This document shows positions 1 through 5,811 of a stretch of 40,363 bases of DNA, one piece after another. The stretch is from a virus. Lineage: Duplodnaviria > Caudoviricetes. The position numbers and the translations under genes are program-made. The number at the start of each line of letters is the position of its first letter. Position 1 is the first letter of the stretch. The stretch is from the IMG/VR virus record IMGVR_UViG_3300032281_000998, positions 1 through 40,363 of that record; one strand, written 5' to 3'. The notes beneath the pieces are model-generated. The model did no database searches, had not been told where the DNA came from, and was given only the letters and a program-made list of their open reading frames with translations.

Positions 1-39
1 TCCGTAGTCAGATGCTCTATCCAATTGAGCTATGGCCGC
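1..39 (-). tRNA. 5' half of tRNA-Arg(ACG), attP core (fragment, not a complete tRNA)
   Basis: The reverse complement GCGGCCA-TA-GCTC-AATTGGATA-GAGC-A-TCTGA-CTACGGA gives the acceptor 5' strand, D arm, anticodon stem 5' strand and full 7-nt loop with ACG. Across the junction (40240 downward) it continues CGCGTCG instead of TCAGA, so the 3' half is absent. Confidence 0.9.
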
Positions 40-52
40 TTTTCTTCTTGTA

Positions 53-98
53 AGAAGCCGGTTTGGTGGCCCGGCTTCTGTTCTTTCTTCTGATTTTT
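53..98 (+). terminator. Stem-loop with T-rich tail, probable intrinsic terminator
   Basis: AGAAGCCGG (53-61) pairs with CCGGCTTCT (71-79), followed by GTTCTTTCTTCTGATTTTT. Confidence 0.55.
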
Positions 99-103
99 GA
101 CTC

Positions 104-147
104 AGAAAATTCTTGCAAGATAAGCCTGCGTGCGTCACTGTGGGCCT
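104..147 (+). promoter_or_regulatory. Putative leaderless integrase promoter with TCTTGCAAGA operator
   Basis: TTGCAA(113-118)-17 nt-CACTGT-6 nt-ATG(148). Bases 104-121 are the exact reverse complement of 5029-5046. Confidence 0.65.
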
Positions 148-1299
148 ATGAAAGTGGCACAACAAGTGGCCCGACCGGCGGGGCCTCCTTCCGCGGTGAA
201 GCGGCGCCGGCATAGCGAGGTTTCCGTCTTTAAGGAGCCGGGCTCGGAGTTTTATTACTATCGGGTGAAGTTGCACGGTAGGCGCTTTAAGCGTTCGACC
301 GGTCAGACTACGCTCCAGGCGGCCGTTGCACAAGCCAAGATCATTCGCCGGGTGCTGCTCGAGGATGGCCAGGCGCGGGCTACGATGAAGCGGCCGGGGT
401 ATGCGGCCTTGGGCGAGGTGCTGGCGGTGTGGGAGGAGATGTCGGAGGCCGAGACGCGTAAGAATAATATGTCGGCGGTGCGTAAGTGGGTGCGTTCGTT
501 TTGCTCGGGCGAGGCGGATAATGTGTGTATGACAAAGCTGACGGCTGAGCAGTTCGATCGGTATCTGCGGAATTGGCCGGGCTCGCCGGCCGGGCGCAAG
601 TCGACCGGGGCGCAGATCCGGGCGGTGTTCGCCCCGGAGCCGATGCGCTGGTATGCTAAGCGTGCGCTGGTCTTGCCGGATATGGCGGATTTTCGGGCGG
701 TGAAGATCGGCGTGCGGGCGACGGAGCAGAGGTTCGAGGGGTTCACGCCGATCCCGAAGGAGGTGTTGCGGCGGATGGACGTGGCGGCCGATCGGCTGCG
801 GCGGGCTTCGAGCGGGGGCCTGCGCCGGTTGTGGGCGGTCTATGCGCTCATGCGTTGGTGCGGGCTGCGCAATATCGAGGTGGCGGCGCTGCGGTGGGAG
901 TGGCTGGTGGAGGGCTCGAGGGGCCGGCTCTGGCGGATCGCGCCGTGGCGCCTGGAGGATGGTTCGTTTTTCCAGCCCAAGGGCCGGTCGGGTGATGTGC
1001 CGATGCGGGAGGATTTGCTCGAGCAGTTGGCCGCGGCGACCGGTAACCGGGCGGGCTTTGTCATTCCGCGGGCGAATCCCACGGAGGCGGAGACGGTGAC
1101 GGAGCGGACGATCAATCGGTTTGTGCGGCGGTTTATCCCGGAGCGGAACAAGGGTGCGTATGAGTTGCGCAAGCAGTTCGGCGCGGAGGTGGCGCTGCGG
1201 GATGGGCTCGAGGTGGCGTCGCGCATGCTGCGCCATGGCGGCATTCAGACGACCTGGAAGTATTACCACGGGCTTTTAGTGGAGCCGGCGCCGTTATGA
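148..1299 (+). CDS. int: Tyrosine integrase
   Basis: N-terminal arm-binding-like beta region (YYYRVKLHGRRFKRSTG). Catalytic motifs GLRNIE (R), K, YELRK (HxxR with H replaced by Y), LRH and TTWKYY (Y). Adjacent to the tRNA fragment. Start placed at ATG 148 from promoter geometry. Confidence 0.92.
   Translation: MKVAQQVARPAGPPSAVKRRRHSEVSVFKEPGSEFYYYRVKLHGRRFKRSTGQTTLQAAVAQAKIIRRVLLEDGQARATMKRPGYAALGEVLAVWEEMSEAETRKNNMSAVRKWVRSFCSGEADNVCMTKLTAEQFDRYLRNWPGSPAGRKSTGAQIRAVFAPEPMRWYAKRALVLPDMADFRAVKIGVRATEQRFEGFTPIPKEVLRRMDVAADRLRRASSGGLRRLWAVYALMRWCGLRNIEVAALRWEWLVEGSRGRLWRIAPWRLEDGSFFQPKGRSGDVPMREDLLEQLAAATGNRAGFVIPRANPTEAETVTERTINRFVRRFIPERNKGAYELRKQFGAEVALRDGLEVASRMLRHGGIQTTWKYYHGLLVEPAPL
152..175 (+). 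repeat. Tandem 12-bp integrase arm-type sites (right arm)
   Basis: AAGTGGCACAAC AAGTGGCCCGAC; a matching pair lies at 40189-40212. Confidence 0.7.
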
Positions 1300-1652
1300 G
1301 GAGGTGGCTGCTTTTGCTTTGCACGGCGGCCGCGGCGGGCTGCGTGTCGGCGCCGGACCCGGAGCCGGCGGCGTTACCGGCGGAGCCGGCGCCGCGGCGG
1401 GTGATGGTGCAGACGATTCCGCGGGGGGCTTGGGTGGAACGGGATCATGAATACCTGGGGGTGGCGCCGCTCGAGGTGGAGGTGCCGGTGAGGGCCAATG
1501 GTCATGCTCGGCGGATAACGGTGATCCGGGTGCAGGATGCCTCGGGGGCCTGGGAGCGGAAGATCCTCTCGCCGGTGGCGCCGGTCCCGGAGCGGATGTT
1601 TTTCGACCTGCGGGGGCTGTCGGATTTCCAGCCGGGGCTGAGTTGGCGGTAG
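1296..1652 (+). CDS. Lipoprotein with PEGA-like domain; possible superinfection exclusion
   Basis: Signal peptide with lipobox AAGC; VQTIPRGAWVERDHEYLGVAPLEV resembles PEGA; ATGA overlap with int. Confidence 0.7.
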   Translation: MRRWLLLLCTAAAAGCVSAPDPEPAALPAEPAPRRVMVQTIPRGAWVERDHEYLGVAPLEVEVPVRANGHARRITVIRVQDASGAWERKILSPVAPVPERMFFDLRGLSDFQPGLSWR

Positions 1653-1654
1653 CC

Positions 1655-2025
1655 GGGCGGCCGGCTTTCCGCACGGCGCGAAGTTCACAAATTCTTTTCG
1701 CGCCGTCTACGAACCGCGGTAATTACCCGAAACGCTTGCCGAGCCGCTTGTTTCCTACGTCCGCGGGCGAATCACTTTGGTAAGTGGGGTGATCGTGCCT
1801 CCGTGCCCCAAGCGTGCCCGATCGTGCCCCGGGGCACGACAGGCGGTTTTGCGGCGGGAGCTTTTCCGCACCAAGGGGTCTTGCTGCGGAAAGGTTTTTT
1901 GCGCTGTCTACGAACCGCGGGAATTTCCGGCAAACGCCTGCCGAGCCGCTTGTTTCCTACGTCCGCGGGCGAATCACTTTTGGCGGCGGGAGGTTTTCCG
2001 CACCAAGGGGTCTTGCTGCTGAAAG
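1655..2025. repeat. Complex non-coding repeat region between convergent operons
   Basis: An ~85-bp repeat at about 1694-1779 and 1895-1981; a ~43-bp repeat at 1851-1893 and 1983-2025; four CGTGCC copies at 1794-1828 ending in palindrome TCGTGCCCCGGGGCACGA (1822-1839). Confidence 0.85.
1862..1900 (+). terminator. Possible intrinsic terminator within the repeat
   Basis: TTTCCGCA pairs with TGCGGAAA, followed by GGTTTTTT. Confidence 0.4.
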
Positions 2026-2028
2026 AAT

Positions 2029-2292
2029 TCAGTTCCAGTTCGGGCGGCCAAAGCTGGCGCGGCGCCGGGCAAAGCCGGCGCAAACCCAGGCGATGCCGCG
2101 GATGAGGAGCCAGGCGAGGCCGCCGGCCGCGGCCGGCATGATGACCAGGGCGGCAATTACCAGGGCGAGGGGCGCGTTGCCGGGGCCGTGCATCAGCAGG
2201 TCGAGGGCAAGAAGGAGGGCGACGGCGCCGGCGGCCAGGCTGGCGGCGAGAATGGCGAGGCGGCGGAAACCGAGGCGGGTGGCGGGGTTCAT
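2029..2292 (-). CDS. Small membrane protein (2 TM)
   Basis: MNPATRLGFRRLAILAASLAAGAVALLLAL... has two hydrophobic stretches; ATGA coupling with the upstream ORF. Confidence 0.65.
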   Translation of the reverse strand: MNPATRLGFRRLAILAASLAAGAVALLLALDLLMHGPGNAPLALVIAALVIMPAAAGGLAWLLIRGIAWVCAGFARRRASFGRPNWN

Positions 2293-2468
2293 GAGTTTGG
2301 TGCTTTGACTTTCCTTCGGCCCGGCCGCGGGAAGGTGGCGGCGTGGCGGGCGGCCGCGGATCGGGCGGGGCTGGGACGTTTGGCCAGGAGGCTGGCGGCG
2401 TTGATCGAGGCGCCGCAATGCGGGCAGAGGTCGGGCGCGTTAGGGGTGCGGGGTGTTTTGGTTTTCAT
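2289..2468 (-). CDS. 59-aa basic protein with CPHCG motif (not in ORF track)
   Basis: Hand translation MKTKTPRTPNAPDLCPHCGASINAASLLAKRPSPARSAAARHAATFPRPGRRKVKAPNS; its stop overlaps the next start. Confidence 0.65.
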   Translation of the reverse strand: MKTKTPRTPNAPDLCPHCGASINAASLLAKRPSPARSAAARHAATFPRPGRRKVKAPNS

Positions 2469-2631
2469 GCGTCTGCTTTCCTTCGGTCTTGGCGTAAATG
2501 GTGAGGTCTTTGGTGGCTCGTAAGATCGTTTTGAGCTCGCGGAGGATCATGACGACCAGGCCGGGCGGGTGCTTGGCCAGGAGGCCGGCGAGGACGTCGC
2601 GGGCGATTTGTTTGGCTTGTTGGTGGCTCAT
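2440..2631 (-). CDS. Hypothetical protein
   Basis: 63-aa ORF with amphipathic helices and an A/C-rich leader, within the leftward operon. Confidence 0.6.
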   Translation of the reverse strand: MSHQQAKQIARDVLAGLLAKHPPGLVVMILRELKTILRATKDLTIYAKTEGKQTHENQNTPHP

Positions 2632-2684
2632 ATGTTGGCGGCCGCGGCCGGCGCCGGTGATGTTCCGGCGCCGGGGTGCGGCGG

Positions 2685-2891
2685 TCAGGGGTTGGCGGGT
2701 TGGAAGTCCTGGTAGTCGTCGAGGAACGCGGCGACGTTGGCCAGGGTGGGCTGGCGTTGCTTGTCGGGCAGTTCGTGCCAGGTGTCATGGCGCTCGCATT
2801 CCTCGAGCCAGGCGCCGAATGATTTGGTGACGCGCCGGCCGATGGCGCGATCGGTGGCGGTGTAATGGTCAAACGTGTGCGGTGTTGTCAT
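2685..2891 (-). CDS. Hypothetical protein
   Basis: 68-aa ORF with globular composition and a long A/C-rich leader. Confidence 0.7.
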   Translation of the reverse strand: MTTPHTFDHYTATDRAIGRRVTKSFGAWLEECERHDTWHELPDKQRQPTLANVAAFLDDYQDFQPANP

Positions 2892-2927
2892 GGTGCTGTG
2901 GTGTTTTGGTTGTTGGTGGTTGGTTGG

Positions 2928-3245
2928 TCAATGCGGGACTGTCTCGAAGTCGGCGAGCATGGTGACGGTGATCCGGGCCTGACGCTCGAGCTCGGCGGCC
3001 CAGCCGGCACCGTAGCCGTCCAGGTATGTGGGGCCGTGCATGTCGTGCGGCTCGGGGCATTGGAGCCACAAATCCGGGCTGCCGTCGGCCAGGTCGGCCA
3101 GGATCTGCCGGGCGTGGTCGTGGGCTCCGGGGCCCTCGAGGAGCTCGGCGGCGCTGCGGGCGCCGGCGGCGCGGCCGTCGCGCTCGCCGAGGTCGAGCTC
3201 GGCGCGGATGTCGTCGAGCTCCTGGATGTCTTTGCAGTTGTCCAT
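2928..3245 (-). CDS. Hypothetical acidic protein
   Basis: 105-aa ORF preceded by the conserved leader motif. Confidence 0.72.
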   Translation of the reverse strand: MDNCKDIQELDDIRAELDLGERDGRAAGARSAAELLEGPGAHDHARQILADLADGSPDLWLQCPEPHDMHGPTYLDGYGAGWAAELERQARITVTMLADFETVPH

Positions 3246-3356
3246 GGTTGTGGTGTGCCCGTTTGGTCGGTTGGCTCGTCCGGGTTTGTTGTGGTTGTTT
3301 GGTCGGCCTGGTGGCCGTCCGTGGCGCCCGGGACGTGCCCGGGCGCGGTCGGACGG

Positions 3357-3845
3357 TCAAGCGGCGAGCTCGAGGTCCGGCTGCCGGTGCGGGATGTCGC
3401 GGGCGATCTCGCGCTCGATCGTGCCGCGTTTGATTGCCTGGAGCATGCGCCCGATCGGGAGCCCGGCGATCGGGGCCTCGACGTGGCGCCGGAGCAGGGC
3501 GGCCGCGGCCTCGGCGTAAAGCCGGCCGCCGATGACGATGATCCGGGAGGCGCACCGGAGCCCGGCGCCGGTGGGATCTCCGACCAGGTGCTCGAACGCG
3601 TGCGGCATGTCGGCCGGGCTGCGGACCGGCTCGATGCGCTGCTCGTAATGGGCGATGCCCTTGAGCGGGGAGACGAATCCATACTTGCCGGAGAGGATCA
3701 CGTAATCGTGCCGGGCGGCCTCGATGCGGTCGCGGGCCATGGTGAACAGCTGGCCGGCGTAGGCGCTCCGCGCCAGGCAGGACCCGGCGCGGAGCTGTGC
3801 GGTTTTGGTGGCGGAGCACGCCAGGACAAAGACGGTGGAGGTCAT
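3357..3845 (-). CDS. DUF6884-like protein
   Basis: FVLACSATK...ARSAYAGQLF...YVILSGKYGFV...IAHYEQRI matches my recollection of the DUF6884 pattern (CSxxK, LYxGxxF, ILSAKYG, IxPYD). Confidence 0.7.
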   Translation of the reverse strand: MTSTVFVLACSATKTAQLRAGSCLARSAYAGQLFTMARDRIEAARHDYVILSGKYGFVSPLKGIAHYEQRIEPVRSPADMPHAFEHLVGDPTGAGLRCASRIIVIGGRLYAEAAAALLRRHVEAPIAGLPIGRMLQAIKRGTIEREIARDIPHRQPDLELAA

Positions 3846-3846
3846 G

Positions 3847-4098
3847 TCAGCGGCGGCGTTTGGCGGCGCGGGCTTTGCGTTTCTCGGCGCGGATCTGCGC
3901 GGCCTTGGTGCGGATGCCGTCGACGTAAAGCCGGGCGGCCTCGAACATGATGCCGGAGGAATCGCGCCGGCCGGCCTCGCGGATGCCGATGATCCCGCCG
4001 GGGTGCAGCGAGATAACGAGCTCGGGCCGGACGCCATGGGCGGCCGGCGTGGTGTGAGCCTTGCGGGTGACGGGTTTGGTCAACGTGGTCATGATCAA
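3847..4098 (-). CDS. Hypothetical basic protein
   Basis: 83-aa ORF, coupled to the upstream gene. Confidence 0.65.
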   Translation of the reverse strand: MIMTTLTKPVTRKAHTTPAAHGVRPELVISLHPGGIIGIREAGRRDSSGIMFEAARLYVDGIRTKAAQIRAEKRKARAAKRRR

Positions 4099-4523
4099 GC
4101 GTGGTTGCGGGTGATCCCGTAGTTACTCAGGCCGAGAGCGTCGGCAATGGCGCAGAGGGCTTCGTCGATGGCATTGTCGCCGACTCCGTCAATGTTTTTG
4201 CTCAGCTCGATCCCGGCGTTAGCAATGGCGCCGGCGGCCGCGGCGCTGGGCCGGTGGTAACCGTATCCGCCAGCGATGCCACTTGCGGCGCGGTGGATGC
4301 TATGATGGTTAATCCAGAGGCAGGCACTATTCGTGCGGCCGGTGCCGTAAAGGCGCAACTGCACCGGTGCGTGCACGCGGTCGAGCGGGTCGGTGGCGTC
4401 CTGGTCGAACGTGATGACCTCGCGGACCTCGAGGAAACACGGAGTCTCCTTGCGGTGCCGGGGGTTGAATTTCGGGGTGAAGTCCGCGGCAATCGTCGCG
4501 GTCTGTTTGTCTTGCTTATGCAT
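4095..4523 (-). CDS. Hypothetical protein, first gene of the leftward early operon
   Basis: 142-aa ORF with a GxGYHRPSAA motif, downstream of the promoter and conserved leader. Confidence 0.75.
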   Translation of the reverse strand: MHKQDKQTATIAADFTPKFNPRHRKETPCFLEVREVITFDQDATDPLDRVHAPVQLRLYGTGRTNSACLWINHHSIHRAASGIAGGYGYHRPSAAAAGAIANAGIELSKNIDGVGDNAIDEALCAIADALGLSNYGITRNHA

Positions 4524-4607
4524 TGTTGGATATGCCCGTTTTTTATCCGGTCGGCTCGTCCGGGTTTTGGTTGTTGTAGCTGGGCGGAATGCCTGGCTAC
4601 GTGGTGA

Positions 4608-4635
4608 AAGATAGCGTGCGCACGCTATGAGTCAA
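4608..4635 (-). promoter_or_regulatory. Sigma70-like promoter of the leftward operon with an 18-bp palindromic operator
   Basis: TTGACT-16 nt-TATCTT on the minus strand; perfect palindrome ATAGCGTGCGCACGCTAT at 4611-4628. Confidence 0.75.
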
Positions 4636-4738
4636 GCGGGAAAAGTAAATTATTTTCCGGGGGCATCTTACCAGTGCGACCCGGGCCACGGGCCGCGGGT
4701 GATGTTCGTTGATTTATACCCGGCGCCGGATAGCATTT

Positions 4739-5002
4739 CTATCGGCGGGCTCGGTGGCCACCGGCCGGCGGAGTGTTTGCCGGGAGGTCGACGATCTTGC
4801 CGGCATGGCTCGTGCTGCGGGTGATGGTGAGCCCGCGGGCGACCGCGTCGTTGATGCATTCCCGGGCCATGGCGGTCCGGGTGATGTGCGAGACGTCGGC
4901 CAGGCGCCGGAGCTCGGCATCGACTTCGAGCGTGATCGTGGTGCTGACGTAGGTGGAACCCTTGCCCGGGCCGGTCCCGGTGCCTTTTTTTGTGCTTTTC
5001 AT
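4739..5002 (-). CDS. Ribbon-helix-helix DNA-binding protein, putative repressor
   Basis: STYVSTTITLEVDAELRRLADVSHITRTAMARECI fits the beta-strand plus two-helix RHH pattern; start at ATG 5002. Confidence 0.7.
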   Translation of the reverse strand: MKSTKKGTGTGPGKGSTYVSTTITLEVDAELRRLADVSHITRTAMARECINDAVARGLTITRSTSHAGKIVDLPANTPPAGGHRARR

Positions 5003-5079
5003 AGGGGCAAGCTGGCGCCGGTGGGAACATCTTGCAAGAATTTTCTTGCAGTCTTGCAAGTTCTTGCAAGAATGCCCGC
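5003..5079. promoter_or_regulatory. Divergent promoter/operator region (genetic switch)
   Basis: TCTTGCAAGA at 5030 and 5062 with variants at 5044 and 5052. Leftward: TTGCAA-17-CAGCTT-6-ATG. Rightward: TTGCAG-16-AAGAAT-6-ATG. Confidence 0.8.
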
Positions 5080-5256
5080 ATGCCCAGTAAGTTCCTCACC
5101 GTTCTTATCCCGGCGGAAATGCTCGAGAAAATCGACGAGCATGCGCGGAGCCAGTATTTGAGCCGGTCCGCGGCCGTCCGGCAAATCATCATGACTGAAA
5201 TCGAGCGCCGGCGCCGCGGGCTCGAGGAGGTCGAACCGGAGGGCGCCGCGTCGTGA
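5080..5256 (+). CDS. Ribbon-helix-helix (CopG/Arc-like) protein, Cro-equivalent
   Basis: MPSKFLTVLIPAEMLEKIDEHARSQYLSRSAAVRQII is a canonical CopG-type RHH pattern. Confidence 0.85.
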   Translation: MPSKFLTVLIPAEMLEKIDEHARSQYLSRSAAVRQIIMTEIERRRRGLEEVEPEGAAS

Positions 5257-5345
5257 GTGATTCGAGCTTCCTCCTCGTTTGGCTGGCGGCCTTCGTCTGG
5301 TCGCTGGGTGGTTTTTTGTCGGCGCTGCGGAGGGCGCTGAAATGA
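5253..5345 (+). CDS. 30-aa hydrophobic peptide (not in ORF track)
   Basis: MSDSSFLLVWLAAFVWSLGGFLSALRRALK; GTGA and ATGA overlaps at both ends. Confidence 0.6.
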   Translation: MSDSSFLLVWLAAFVWSLGGFLSALRRALK

Positions 5346-5560
5346 TCGCGGCGGCGCCGGAGCGTCCCGCGGCTCGGGCCTGGTCGCGGCCAGGCGGCCG
5401 GCGCCCGGCCGGGCAATCTCGGTGGATGGTCTATGGGTTCTGCCGGCTGACCGGGCCCTGGCGGCAAGTCGTCCAGGCGGAGTCGGCGGCCGGCGCCTTG
5501 GTCAAATACTCGGCGGAGCACGATATGCCGCTCGAGGCCTGCCACGTGCAGCCGGCCTAA
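5342..5560 (+). CDS. Hypothetical protein
   Basis: Translationally coupled ORF starting MIAAAPERP. Confidence 0.6.
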   Translation: MIAAAPERPAARAWSRPGGRRPAGQSRWMVYGFCRLTGPWRQVVQAESAAGALVKYSAEHDMPLEACHVQPA

Positions 5561-5583
5561 CGCCCGCCCGCCTTTCTTTTTTT

Positions 5584-5811
5584 ATGGCTAAAGCATCAAG
5601 CGAACCGGGCGGGCTGCTCCCGCGGGTATTTTCCATTGCCGGGCTGGCGGATCACCTGGGGGTGAGCCGGCGGACCATCGTCCGGGCGCTGAGCTCGGGC
5701 GAGCTCGAGCATTACCGCGTCGGCGCCCGGGCGTTGATCCCGGAGCCGGCCGCGTCCGCCTGGCTCGAGTCTCAACGGGTGTGCCGCCGGCCGCGGCTGC
5801 GAGCAGCATGA
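5584..5811 (+). CDS. xis: Excisionase-like HTH_17 DNA-binding protein
   Basis: FSIAGLADHLGVSRRTIVRALSSGELEHYRVGARALIP fits the MerR-like/Xis fold. Confidence 0.8.
   Translation: MAKASSEPGGLLPRVFSIAGLADHLGVSRRTIVRALSSGELEHYRVGARALIPEPAASAWLESQRVCRRPRLRAA

Larger units (their letters stand above)
1..123. repeat. 123-bp terminal direct repeat (left copy); circular-assembly overlap or att duplication
   Basis: 1-123 is identical to 40241-40363. Confidence 0.97.

Noticed and set aside
1-123. Physical T7-like direct terminal repeat
   Set aside because: It begins exactly at the att core boundary, which fits an assembly breakpoint or att duplication better; read-end data are needed to exclude it fully.
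1655-2025. Possible CRISPR or mini-array
   Set aside because: The repeats are long, interleaved, present in only two copies and lack regular unique spacers; no cas genes were recognised.
1772-2105. Short ORFs across the repeat region
   Set aside because: Peptide repeats appear in all frames on both strands, consistent with DNA-level repeats.
3256-3287. Functional hammerhead ribozyme
   Set aside because: The core reads CGGACGA rather than CUGANGA, and there is no clear stem II, GAAA or cleavage-site helix; kept only as a conserved leader motif.
2865-3950. 361-aa plus-strand ORF and the 316-aa and 264-aa minus-strand alternative frames
   Set aside because: They overlap the coherent leftward genes, which have leaders and better composition.
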